A stretch of 63,883 bases of DNA, the filler included, from Reticulomyxa filosa (lineage: Eukaryota > Protista > Foraminifera): the NCBI GenBank assembly GCA_000512085.1. It is 18 parts of 18 records of this genome, joined end to end, with 100 filler letters (N's around TTAATTAATTAA, not from the genome) between each part and the next. Parts side by side here need not be neighbours in the genome. Positions count along the whole stretch, not along the records: positions 35,618 to 56,319 come from ASPP01013958.1; positions 56,420 to 60,022 come from ASPP01005765.1; positions 60,123 to 62,727 come from ASPP01008214.1; positions 62,828 to 63,883 come from ASPP01022892.1; 14 more parts are not named here. One strand, written 5' to 3'. The first letter of the stretch is position 1. Each line of letters starts with the position of its first letter. The notes beneath the pieces were generated by a model that worked only from the letters and a program-made list of their open reading frames with translations, had not been told where the DNA came from and ran no database searches. Shown here piece after piece: positions 51,936 to 63,883 of the stretch. Both the position numbers and the translations under genes were made by a program.

Positions 51936-52262
51936 TTAGCCTTCCTTCCATTGATGGCGACAGTCGGGATTGGCACACTGGAAAAAAAGAGTAGAAGGTT
52001 CATCTGCGGACCGAGTTTGCATTTCGAAGAAAAATGCTTCTTGACTTCCACATTTTTCACATTTTTGGCCAGCTGTAGTTTTGGTACTCCACTCTATATC
52101 TTCGAGTATTTCATCGACTTTCTTTGCTTTGGTGGGGTAACGTTTTTTAATTTTTTTCTTCAGTTGAAATTGATAGGGGCAAGTTTTACAAAACAAACGG
52201 GTCCGCTTCTCAATTAACACATCGATCAACAACATATTACTGCAACAAGGACAGAAATACAT
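51936..52262 (-). CDS. POLR3K: DNA-directed RNA polymerase III subunit RPC10 (C11)
   Basis: 108 aa; N-terminal Zn ribbon 'FCPCCSNML...CKTCPY'; TFIIS-like C-terminal ribbon 'CEKC...QTRSADEPSTLFFQC..C.H.WKE'. Confidence 0.95.
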   Translation of the reverse strand: MYFCPCCSNMLLIDVLIEKRTRLFCKTCPYQFQLKKKIKKRYPTKAKKVDEILEDIEWSTKTTAGQKCEKCGSQEAFFFEMQTRSADEPSTLFFQCANPDCRHQWKEG

Positions 52263-53109
52263 CGTTTCTTCGAGCGAGATTTTTTCCTTTTCCTTATGTC
52301 CTTTCCTAGCTCACACAAACTGTATCTTTACAGCATTAAAAACCTTATTCAATTGTAGCTATTTTACTGTTACGTGCATGACTATTTCACAGCAGAACTA
52401 CTAACAAATTTGATAAAATATCTAAAAAATTTTTGTCTTCGTAATAACAGATTTACTCTAATCCTTGCTTTTGCTATTTCTTGTCTTGATCGTTTCCCAA
52501 AGTTTCACACAATTTTATTCCATCAAATTCTATAATTTTTCATGATTCTAGTAAGATAATAATATTAGCCTCACAGAACTAAGTTATTTTATACTAAATT
52601 TGTTCGTGATGACTTTCCGAGCAAGCGGATCGCCCAGTTAAATTTGGCTGACTTTAGTAGCTCGTTACAAAAAACCAACAAAATGAACAGAATATAAATG
52701 TAAAAAAAAACAAACATTGCAAAATACGCAAAAAAATATCTTCATACTTCAAAAATGGGTCAAGACATTTTGAAAAATAACTTTGATGCCACAAAAAAAA
52801 AGAGTACTTCAAGCAATTTTATTTCTACATTACAAACTGAAAAAATTTGGACTCAAGAAATGGAACATAATGGAAAGTTGTGCTTGTTTTGTTGTTAGAA
52901 TATTCCTCTCCCCGTTTTCCCTTTTCCCTTCATTAGTCAAGCAATGGACATAACAAACTTTAAAAGGGAAGTAAAGCGAAGAGCAGGGAGGGGGAAATGA
53001 TTTTATTTTATTATATAAAATTGTATTTAAATGTTTGTTTGTTTATTTTTGTATTTCTCCCAGCACACTCTCTCTCTCTCTCCCTCTGTACTTTCTTCCC
53101 CGCCTCAAC

Positions 53110-55547
53110 TCATTGTTGTGCAGATTGCATTTGTATGAGTTTTTTTTCGGCTTGTTTTAAGGCGGTGATGGTCCTGATGTCAACAGGTCCAGACATTTTT
53201 TTTTGTTGAATGATTTTTAGAATTTGAGACAATTGTTCAGGTTTAATGGAAGAGTAACTCTCTTCAGAAACAGAAACTTTTTTTTCATTCGAAGTGGGAT
53301 TGGAATGATGGCAATTATCCTCCAAAGGGTTATTATTATTACAATGGTTATGTTTTGTGTTGACATTGGAATTGGTGATATCGTTATCACTTTTGTTTGC
53401 ATTGGGATAACGTCTTTGAATCAAATGTGGTGGCATTGTCCACCAATTGGCCCGAAGCAGTTGTTCATCATATTCGATTGAACCCGCCAAATGGCTAGGA
53501 GCAGAGGTCATTGTTGTTGTTGTTGGCCCGATGACGGGGAGTACATTTCATTACTGTCCGATTGCAGTCTTTGCATACAGAGTTGAGTGATCATTTGTTT
53601 CCGATGCTCCAACTCAGGCCATGGGATCATATAATTGAATTCGATTCGCTCTTTTATTTGTTTGGGGATTTCCGGCTTTTGTTCCAAGTCCACGTTGTAG
53701 TTTATTGGTGTTACATTCACTTTCATTTCCAATGTCTGAGAATTGGCTGTGTTTGTTTTCATTTTTATTTTTTCCTTTTTTTTTTATTTTTATTTTTATT
53801 TTTATTTTTTAAACATTACAAACAGTTGGATAAGTTTTTGGTGTCTTGTTTGATGCGTTCTTTTTGGCATCTCTTTTCGAAAAATTCTTGATAATAGAGC
53901 TTTTCTCTCATTTCTGCTCGGTAATGCCGGAGGAAGTAGGCCTCGTCACTCATGTTTTCATACTTGTATTCTAATGGGTCGAATGCTATAAAGTCATGTT
54001 CACTTTCTTTGAGCGGGATCCTTCCGTTGGCGTTCCAAGGCCAGTTGGTCCAATGCAGGCCATACACCCCATTGATTTTCATCGCGTTGGGCGTCCACAC
54101 ATCGTTCTTTCGCCAAATCAATTCGCATCCATTGCTCGTTGTCGACGGCTCGTGGTAGTCGATTTCCAACGACGCTTCATTTGGATTTGTGGGCTTGGGT
54201 TTTATCAAGTTGTTATTATTATTGTGATTAGTAAGATTGTTGTAATGGCTGTGATTATTATGATTATAATGATTATTATGATTGTTGTGGTCACTGTTGC
54301 CATGGCCGTGGTTGTGATTATGGTTATTGTTATTGTTATTATTGTTATTATTATTGTTTGTATTATTGACAGTATTAATGACAGTGATATTATTATTACT
54401 ATTATTGCTATTGCTATGGTTATGATTATGGCTATGATTGGCATTGGCAGCAACATAGCTGTTATTGCCATTGACAACAACACAAGGTTTGGCTTGTTTG
54501 ACACAATCACTTTCAAGTTTTTTCTGTTCATTCGTTACCTTGGCATCACCACCGTTTGTCTGGCTCACAGTTTCGTTTGGCCTGTTGGTGCTCGGTTTTT
54601 TCACTATTGTCTGTCTTCGTTTATGGTTGTTCTGTCTGGGCTTGCTTTGTTTTTTTGTTGTCATTGTTATTGCCATTATTATTATTATTATTGTTAACAT
54701 TATTATTATTGTCATTATTATTACTACTATTGTTACTGTCATTTTATTATTATTATTATTATTATTATTGCTATTATTGTTACTGTCGACAACAAAATTG
54801 ATATTGTTGTCATGTTGTTTGTGGTCCCATAGCATCATGACGTCACTTTGGTGTTTGTGTTCATTTTGTTTACACACACTTTCTTTTTCTTGTTCATTTT
54901 GTGGCTGGTGCTGATAGTGGTCAGTAGTTTGTGTTTTACAAGAGTGGGAGCATGACTCCGTGTCTTCTTTTTCATTCATCGCTATGTCGTTTTGTTTGTA
55001 ACACTCGTTTCTTTTTTTTTGCCAGGGTGTAGTTTTGCGTATGCCAAATACGTTTGCAAATTCCCGTCTTCTTCACTTGTTGAACACGTTCCAAACACTT
55101 TTTGTGTTTACATTTTTCCAGTTGCGTGTTTTTTCTCATATGTGCATATGTGTTTTAATATGTTTTTATCATCTTTCCGTTCCTTCCTCCCTTTTTTTTT
55201 TTTTCCTCCAAATTGAACTTTTTTCCAGGGATATGGAAAGATCAGAAAAAGGCTAAAGGAAAACCACAAATAAGTAAACAAAAGACAGCGAGAAACTCGA
55301 ATTTGAGGAGAAGATCATTGGCGGAACGAAACAACAAGGGCGCTGTGGCGACTGATTCACATCCACACAGCCTTCGGTTGATTGTTTGATATCATCTTCA
55401 GTTGGGAAATTGAGACGACGACGAATTCGAGGAACGCTTTGATTGACGTGCGAATTGCTGGATTCTGTATCATAATCACAAAATTTTCGTTTAGCTCCAG
55501 CTCCATTGCATAAAACAGATGAAATATCTGATGTCAGAAACTCCATC
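53110..55547 (-). CDS. Asn/His-rich protein with a PEHE-like motif (MSL1/KANSL1-type), multi-exon, frames disrupted in repeats
   Basis: ORFs 55253-55564, 53816-54979, 53508-53762 and 53110-53511 are collinear; motif 'IP...ENMSDEAYFLRHYRAEMREK'. Confidence 0.6.
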
Positions 55548-56419
55548 TTAAAAAATGAAAACAACGAAAAAGGACTACCATAACTTTTTTTTTCTTTCCT
55601 GGTTCGTTCTCTAGTGTTTCTACATTAACAAGATTTTTTTCAAAAGAAGGATATGCTTCAATCTTCGCGTCTAAAGCGATAGAAGCTTGATTCAATACTA
55701 CAAAAGGCGCAATATCAAGTATCTACATAGCCGAACTATAATGAAAACATTCAATGAATAATAAAAATAAAATTATACAAATGAAAAAATGAAATACAAA
55801 CAAGAGCCATTTGAAAAATTTAAAATAATATTGTAAAAAATTAATACTAAATTACATTGTAACAAAGAAAGTTGCAAATAAAACAGCATTTTATAAAGAT
55901 TATTGATTTTCTAATGGAAAAAATAACTTTTAGTCAATTTTATATAATGTACTAATGCTTTTCCTTTTCTAGCTACATGTCACAATTGCGATTGACTATG
56001 CTCTGCTAATTGATTTTTTGCAAATTGCTTCTTCAATAATTTCATTTTTATATTTTGTAACTACGCAATAAACAATAAAAACTACAATGACTATTCGTTA
56101 ATGAGTGTTTATTTATCACTTATGTCAGTGTAATCGATATTGTTTCGAGTTCTCTTAATAGTTGTTAGAGAAGGCGAAATTTGGAACAATAATACTTATG
56201 ATATCGTCATATCTTTCAATTCATTTTCATCGATTTTTATTCTGTTTTGAATATAGTTTTTGTGATTATTGTTGCTGTGTTAATGGAAATATAGTAAAAT
56301 AAAAAAGAAAATTGACACCNNNNNNNNNNNNNNNNNNNNNNNNNNNNNNNNNNNNNNNNNNNNTTAATTAATTAANNNNNNNNNNNNNNNNNNNNNNNNN
56401 NNNNNNNNNNNNNNNNNNN

Positions 56420-56507
56420 AAGAATAAGAATAATAACAATAGCAATAGCAATCATTTGAATGATAACAATGATAATGATAATAATAACAATTATAACAGT
56501 AACAATA

Positions 56508-56538
<31 letters not shown>

Positions 56539-58435
56539 GGATAATAAAAATATTCATATCGACGCGAATGAAGACAATCAGTGGAATACTGCTAATGTTG
56601 TCGGATTGGTCGCGACCAAAGACTTAGCGGATACGGACCATCTTCAGAACGAAGGCGACAATCGAAAGGCTTCTGATCAGTCCAAAGTTGAAATCAACTC
56701 CAATTTCGGCGCTTTGCCTACGCAAGACGTCAGTGTTCCAACGAGCACGGCGGCGGCGGCAACGACGACGACGACGACGGACACGCAGGAACAGGCCAAT
56801 ACAAGCACGGAATGTTATTTAATGCGGGTGTTGCGAGAGCGCTATGAAAAACGCAGAAAAGAGTACAAGCACAGACTCACACGCGTGTACTCGCAAAAGA
56901 ACAAGGAACAGTTGCCCAATATCGACAAGTTGCTCGACAGATCCAAAGGTCAATTCCACCCGTTGTACGAAAAAATATGCAATAAATATTCTTTAGTCCC
57001 TCTCAGCGAGTGGGATGGGCAAGACGAGTCCCTTCTTGACACTGACGTCGAAATACCACGTAGTGAAATCGACAATTCCTCTTCTGCTATCACTGCTGCC
57101 GCTGTTGCTTCTGCTACTGCTGCTACTGCTACTGCTGCTACTGCTGCTGCTGCTGCTGATGATGATGGATCTTCTACCAATCAAAAAGAGCAATTCCAAC
57201 AGCGTCGCGAAAAAACGCAAGCGCAAGAACATGTGTCATACTTTGACCAGCAAGAGCAAGTGCAAGAACAAGAACAAAAACGAGATCAAGAAGATGATTC
57301 AGAAAAAGAAAAAGAAAAAGAAAAAAAGAAGACGAAGAAGAACAAGAAAGAAGAAAAAAAAGAAAAAGAAAACGAAAAGGAACAAGAAAAAGAAAAGGAA
57401 TACATTTCAGGTGAAGCATTTGAAACGAACAAAGAAGACAAGACAACTTTTGAATCTGACAAACAGGCTGACAATTGGTCAGCAAGCAGTAATGCATTTG
57501 ATACAAACTTTTCATTTCCCACAGAAGGTCAGGAGTTTCAATTTTCGAATGAACAGCCAAGTGAGACGACGAACAAAGAGGACAAGAATACCGCTGATAA
57601 AGGCGAAACCAAAACGGAACCAAAAGCGGCAGTTACAGTAGCGACAACGACGACTGATGCTTGGAACTGGAATACCGGCAACAGTTCGATCGCGGGCACT
57701 ATGGATTGGAACAATAAACCATCCTCGGATTGGCCCAGTCCATTCTCAAATGAATCTACAGCAAATACCAAACCAAATTCGGAGGATAAAACTCCAAAGG
57801 GTGCCACTACCGATCTTGCACTTTCCAATACTTCATCTGCTGCTGCTGCTGCTGCTAATGGTGAACTTAGCAATTCCAAATCTTCCACTGATGCTGGCCC
57901 ATCGTGGCGTGATGAGGGCTGGGGCAAATCTACGCAAGAATCGACCTCAACCGCCTCCACATCGTCGAGATGGAATTGGGATGCCACGACTGACAAACCT
58001 AACCAGGACAAACCGGTCACTGACCCAGGTTGGGGCAAGCCCACCTCCGAATCTCCAGTCTGGGAGACGTGGGGCTCAAAGGAGCAGAGCAACTCGAGTA
58101 ATCCTACAACTTGGAATACCTCAACCACCGGCCCTGATCCAAAATGGACTGACCCCACTTGGAGCACCCAAGCCCCAGCCCCAGCCCCATTTTGGGGAAC
58201 CAATAGTGGTGGCCAATCTCAATTTAACAGTGGTGGCCAATCTCAATTTAACAGTGGTGGCCAGTCTCAATTTAACAGTGGTGGCCAGCCTCAATTTGCC
58301 AGTGGTGGCAACCAGGGAAACAATGAACAGAACCGAGGCTGGGGAACTGAATTTCGTTTTAATCCAGGAGAACAACAGCCATTAAAAATACCTCCTCAGA
58401 GGAAGATCGTCAGAGGCAAAAGAAGAATAAAATAA
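56420..58435 (+). CDS. Large disordered protein (C-terminal part) with a small helical domain, WG/GW and FxF motifs, and a basic C-terminal tail
   Basis: 659-aa open frame from the contig edge; helical module 'YKHRLTRVYSQKNKEQLPNIDKLLDRSKGQFHPLYEKICNKY'; spaced Trp motifs; ends 'RKIVRGKRRIK*'. Confidence 0.85.
58202..58309 (+). repeat. Coding 24-bp tandem repeat encoding (NSGGQSQF) x4.5
   Basis: Near-identical units AAYAGTGGTGGCCARTCTCAATTT. Confidence 0.95.
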
Positions 58436-59609
58436 AATAAATCATCAAATAGAAATAAAACAACAACAAAAAAGACTTTGTCTATTGTTGGCTCTTATTT
58501 AAACCCATTGACTTCAAATTTGTTTGTTATCGGTGCCCATAAGCAAGGACACAATAGTTGCGAACAGAATAAAACTTGCGTACTTGAATTCTTGAATTAC
58601 TCCATTGATGTAAAAGCTTTTTTCTTTCCTCTTTTTAGATCAACAGTTATCTTTTTTGAGAACAGTTCTTTTACGTTTCAATCTAAATTTCATTCGACAA
58701 ATCTTAGATAATGCATTAACTTATAGACACTTTTTAAATTTTTTGTGTTGTTCAAAAAGTAGTTCTAACAAGCAAAAATTCTACGTTTATCAAACAACTA
58801 CTTCGATAACTTTTTTTAAATATTTTTTCTTGTATTCTGTCTGCATTAGTGAGTCAGGTGTAAGTTCGTAAAAAAAAATGCCTTGCAAGTTTAAGCGTTG
58901 TTAATTCTGTATTTTTCCGATGTTTTCTAGCATAGTTGTTTCAGCAGTCAGTAAAGCAAGCATTGAGGCATAATTACAAGGTATATATCTTTTAAATTTT
59001 CTGCGAAAACAAGTACGGATGACACTCAAAAGGCCGCTCTAAAAATCAAAAAGTATATCCTTTTTTAATCGAAAGGATGGGGACTTTTGATTTAATGGAG
59101 AGAAAGTTTGGAAATAAAGAAGGTTTAACTGTTGTTGCGCGCTTGCGCAACTTCGAGTCGTGATAAAATATCTGAAATATTTTTGACATTTTCATTTACG
59201 TGTGAGTGTGACTGATCGAAATTGGATTGTAATGTATTGAAATTGTTCTATAGGTTGCTAAATTTTTTGAAAAGTGGCTTGAAGGTTATTTGGTATGGTC
59301 CTAATCAACGATTAACAAAATAATGTTTAAAATTGTTTGCTGTAAAACGGAGAAATAAAAAGCCAAAAAAAAAAAGTAGAGAAAACAATAATACACCGGT
59401 TTTGCTTGATAACTTTTCACAATTGCTCTAGCAAGACAAACATTTACAATAAACCCCATCTTGTTCAAATCTAATAAATGCCAAATAAAAAAATAAAAAA
59501 CTTGATCATTGCATTTGTTAATGTTCTTTTTTCCAAAGTTTTTATTGGCGAGGGCGAAAAACGATAACAAAAGAATTCAAGTATTTTTGAGAAAAATAAT
59601 TACTAACAA

Positions 59610-59866
59610 TTATTCACCATCAGATAATTTCATGTAATCATTACCAACATAAGTTTTTTTAATTTTTTGATTTTTATGTTTGCCTGATGTATTGCGAAAC
59701 ATGTCAGTGGGTACAGCACGCACAGCGTAAGCAAGTGCGTTGTTATGACCAAAGTAATTGTTGTATTGAGCTCCAAAATTTTTGGAATCTTCAGACGAAC
59801 TTTCTATGAATGACGATCGCTCAGTACTAGGATTGTGAGTGGAGTCAGTGTGTACCTCCGACGAAC
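59610..59866 (-). CDS. Probable terminal exon of an unknown gene (not in the ORF track)
   Basis: After ...ACAAAG, an open frame 'SSEVHTDSTHNPSTERSSFIESSSEDSKNFGAQYNNYFGHNNALAYAVRAVP...NDYMKLSDGE*'; upstream intron-like sequence runs into the spacer. Confidence 0.5.
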
Positions 59867-60122
59867 CTTTGTCTTATCACACAAAGACATACATAATTGT
59901 ATACATATACATATATTATGATGTTGTACATAGCATTGTATATTGTCACAGTATATTTTAAGTGTGTAAAGTTGTACATATATACGTGCGTGCGATATCA
60001 CCGCTTCAAAAAAAAAAAAAAANNNNNNNNNNNNNNNNNNNNNNNNNNNNNNNNNNNNNNNNNNNNTTAATTAATTAANNNNNNNNNNNNNNNNNNNNNN
60101 NNNNNNNNNNNNNNNNNNNNNN

Positions 60123-62330
60123 TATTATTATTATTATTATTATTGCTGTTGTTGTTTGGATTACATCACAAAAAAATACAAAACAAACAAATAAATAAAA
60201 AATCAAAGGGCTTTTTTGACAACAAGAAATTGAATGGGAATGACACAATGAACGATGAAATAAAAATGAACATGTTGTCCTCCAGAAAAAGAAATCGCAC
60301 AGAACTGGCCATTGATCAACTGAAAGCGGCATCGCAAAAACTACTGTTAAGTGAAGTCCCTGAAATCCTGCCTTGTCGAGATGTCGAACATCATCAGATT
60401 CAACTATTTATGGAAAATGCGATTCAAAAAGGAGGATGTACCTCTGCTTTATGTTCCGTTTTGGTTTTGTTTTTTTCTTTTCTTCTTTTCTTCTTCGAGG
60501 AGTTTGTGTTATATTGTATTCATAGCCGCAACTCAAATGTAAAGCTTGTTCTTTTTTTTTTTTTGAAAAAAAAAAAAGATATCGCTGGAATGCCAGGAAC
60601 CGGAAAAACAGCAACGTGCCGACAAATAGCACGAGAATTACAACTCAAAGTGAAACAACACGTGTGTAACTTGTACTTGTGTCTATGTTCATCACGTGAT
60701 TGTACCAAAACAAACCAACATTCGAATGCCTTGTCTGTTGCATTTCGTTGGAACTCAACCGACTCTTAGGAATTGAGAAAATTTCGATTTGAAGAAATCA
60801 ACGTCATGAAATTACCGACTCCTTATCACACTTATACTCAATTATAGTTTTGATTCTCATTTTCCTCTCTCCTTTCACAAACATCTCTGTGTGACCTTAT
60901 CACACTTGTTTTTTTGCTTAAAATGTGCAATGGCATAGCAAAGTATTGACAGGAAATTACGTTAAGTAAAGAGACTGAGGGCACACATTTGTATATTTCT
61001 TTGTTGAATTTGAAAGAAACGAAACAGATACAAAGTGATGTCTTTGTTGTTTATGCTGACAAAAAAAAGTGCGCCCCAACGTCGGCCTTAAAAAAATTGG
61101 ATAGTTACTTTTCAGCCAAATATCGCAAAGACGAAGAAGTAACGTTGAGCCCTCTTTGTAACCAACAACAACAACAAAAGACAAATCGAAATATACAAAA
61201 ATAAAATAAACAAAAAGTGTGTTATTAATTGACGAATTGGACTATTTATTGACCCGCAAACAAAATGTAATCTACAATTTATTCGATTGGCCTACACGCA
61301 AAAATGCGCATTTGGTGATGATTGGTATCTCAAATACCATGGATTTGCCGGAACGTCTCACTCCGCGAGTATCGTCGAGGATTGGACTGCAGCGCATCCT
61401 TTTCAAACCATACAACAGAGAACAGCTCAAACAAATCATTCAATCGCGCTTGGAATGTTTGGAAGTATTCACTCCCGATGCAATCGCCTATTGCGCAAGT
61501 ACGGTGGCGAGTGTCTCCGGAGATTGTCGAACTGCACTTCAAATATGTCGTCGTGCCATTGAGGTAACACTGAAACGAATTGCACATCCTGGACAAGAAG
61601 AAGAAGAAGACGAAAAAGAAGAAGGAAAAACCACTCATGATAATGACTCTGACCCTCTTCTTCCTAATGACTTTGCACAACATCATTCCAGGAAACGTGC
61701 AAAAAAATCAATCCACCAAAGGCTTTCCACAACTGAACCTGAAATAGCAACGCACACAGATACTGGTCTTTTTAATATTATCTTTATTATGTATATTATT
61801 CCTATATGTTCATTCTTTCTTCCATTTAATTGTGCTCTTGCTCATTTTGTTTCTTCAGATAAATTTGTGCAGATATCTGATGTCAAAAAGGCGAAGACGC
61901 ACTTCGATGGCTCTATTGATGTGCAGATCATTCACAATTTGGCCATTTTTGAAAAGTTATGCACTCATTTTTACACTTCCAATGCATTTGTAAGTTTCAA
62001 TTATCATAACACAATTCCAATCATAACAGACTCTTGCTTACTGCTATTCTTATTTATAATCGTATAAATCGAGTTTTGTCGGCTACTTTGGAGGAATACA
62101 AAACTCGCTTGGATGGATACCTTGACACTCATATTGGAGAGTCAAGGTTGACTGTGATCGAAATGCAAGGTATATTAGAACGCTTACGAGATACCGGCGT
62201 CATTTCAATCATCTTTAACCAAAAAGAATCCAAAACATGGATCCGTATGAATTCCCAAGAAGACGATGTTTTAGATGCTCTAAGCCAAGATCCCACATGT
62301 TCGAGAATTATTTCCAATTCGGCTTTTTAA
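60123..62330 (+). CDS. ORC1: Origin recognition complex subunit 1 (ORC1/CDC6-family AAA+ ATPase), 5'-truncated, 7 introns
   Basis: 'LLLSEVPEILPCRDVE', Walker A 'YIAGMPGTGKT', Walker B 'LLIDELDYLLTRKQNVIYNLFDWP', 'IGISNTMDLPERL.PRVSSRIG', 'SVSGDCRTALQICRRA'; introns 60453-60578, 60662-60769, 60847-60938, 60961-61069, 61144-61217, 61766-61858 and about 61956-62029. Confidence 0.93.
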
Positions 62331-63883
62331 AATTGAAGTAAAGACTATTTAACTTTTCTTTTTTATTATTTTAAGTTGTTTGTAATTATTTTTTTTTTAG
62401 TGTTTATCATATTTAATTTTGGAGTTACTTTTGGAACAGTTGTATTCTTTGTTTATTCACACTCCTTTATTTATTATTAATATCGTTAAAAAATGATCAT
62501 ATACAGTATGTTGCAAAAAAAACTGAACACCTAAATGCCACCTTATGAAGATGATAGATTTTCTTAATGAAAACAAACATTTAAAGCTAATTTTTTTAAA
62601 AAAAATATCTACTAGTCGTGTAGTTTTTAAATATGATATTGATTTTTGAATAACTTTTTTTTAGGTTGGAGAAAAATATCATTTTTTCAAATGATTTTTT
62701 AAAATTTTGCAAGGCTGTAAATAATTTNNNNNNNNNNNNNNNNNNNNNNNNNNNNNNNNNNNNNNNNNNNNTTAATTAATTAANNNNNNNNNNNNNNNNN
62801 NNNNNNNNNNNNNNNNNNNNNNNNNNNTGGTCATAGGTAAACACAAAGGAAGACGAAAAGTATAAAAGTAATAGACTGGTTTTTAGTGCATGAGAAGAAA
62901 AAAAGCACGAATCGAAACATTGAACGAATATAAAAAGAAATGTAATGACCTAGTTCCACATTTGATAGCAAGACAATTGTGGAAAATGATTGACTTTGAT
63001 ATACTAAAAACGTTTGTAACAGAATATAATGAGTTGTCGATTCAAAAGGAGTTGTTGTATATTATTAACAACGCAACAGTATTGTAAGTGTTTCTAAAGA
63101 TGAAATGCATCAACATTTTTCATCAATATAATTATATGATTCAAATAAAATACTATAAAAAGAATTTTTTTAAAGTTAATAAAAAGATTATGTGAATTTT
63201 TAAAATTCCAAAAATGCATCAGGGTTGAAAAACATGCGTTTCATTTAACTAGAGTTTAACTCAATTACTAACGGAAGTAGCTAATCATTGGCAAAAATTT
63301 TCAAAGATATAGCCTCAGATTGTTCTAAGTTGACGCTTCATTCATTATATATTAACGTCCTTATAATAGAACACTTTCATCATCGGCAAAGAAAATGTGA
63401 ATAAAGATTAATGATTAATATATAATAAAAATAAAAAAGTTGATATTTGTATAAATGATCTAATTTTAATTCAGTATGATTTTATGAACTTATTTAACAC
63501 ATTTTATTAAGTTTACAGAATTTTGCATAAATAATTTTCGTTTTGGAGAAGCTTTTCATTTGTTCTCCAGCGAAACTATCAAAAATTTTTTAATTTTAGT
63601 TTGAATTAATACTGAAAACATTGTAGTATTTATGACATCGTCAAGTGAACTTTGGAACCATTTATTATAAAAACACATTACTCACTTTCACGACTTGTCT
63701 TTTCTTTTTCACTTGTTGACTCTTGCTATTTATTGTCTTTTTATTTAAATTATTAATCTTTTGTTTTAAATTGCTCAAAATAGCGAAAATCTTTCGTATT
63801 ACAGTTTGTAAACATCTTTCAGCAGCAAGAAAACCAACAACAGCTTTCTTATTTATATTTTTTGCTCCAATGTATTCGTTGAT

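Noticed and set aside
53996-54914. Long hydrophobic ORFs (poly-I/L/V/F), also at 18997-19590 and 57015-57641
   Set aside because: Antisense or off-frame shadows of Asn/Thr/Lys/Ala trinucleotide repeats in the real genes
35618-56319. Functional gene cluster or operon on the longest contig
   Set aside because: The genes (TPR-SAM, F-box, BAR, crotonase, RPC10, PEHE) have unrelated functions, mixed strands and ordinary intergenic spacing
58202-58309. 24-bp repeat array as a CRISPR
   Set aside because: No spacers; in-frame peptide repeat within a eukaryotic CDS
60845-60847. Apparent in-frame TAG in ORC1
   Set aside because: The codon is split by intron 60847-60938 (TA|C = Tyr)
62890-63087. 65-aa ORF at the start of the last contig
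   Set aside because: Short, no recognisable motif, AT-rich degenerate context; cannot be supported as a gene

Overview
Eukaryotic, AT-rich, intron-containing protist genomic DNA. It is not one continuous locus: 18 short contigs are joined by 17 artificial 100-bp spacers (N44-TTAATTAATTAA-N44). The gene families and style (amplified WD40 and RING/TRAF-like families with many decayed copies, poly-Asn tracts, short introns) suggest a rhizarian, probably the foraminiferan Reticulomyxa filosa; this is inference, not a database match. Recognisable genes: RasGEF, two WD40 proteins, two F-box/LRR proteins, a BIRC6/BRUCE-type E2, a PKA regulatory subunit, a divergent G-beta-like protein, a single-pass receptor-like protein, an alkaline ceramidase pseudogene, a LINE ORF1 remnant, a TPR+SAM protein, a BAR protein, a bacterial-type crotonase with a PTS1-like end, RNA Pol III RPC10, a PEHE-motif protein, a W/F-motif disordered protein and ORC1. 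The most notable pattern is that many introns lack a polypyrimidine tract, end in A-rich tracts and carry a U-rich 5' arm complementary to an A-rich 3' arm (candidate structure-defined splicing). The second is a canonical ITAM-type motif in a membrane-protein tail. Exon/intron boundaries were inferred by hand from GT-AG pairs that restore the reading frame.
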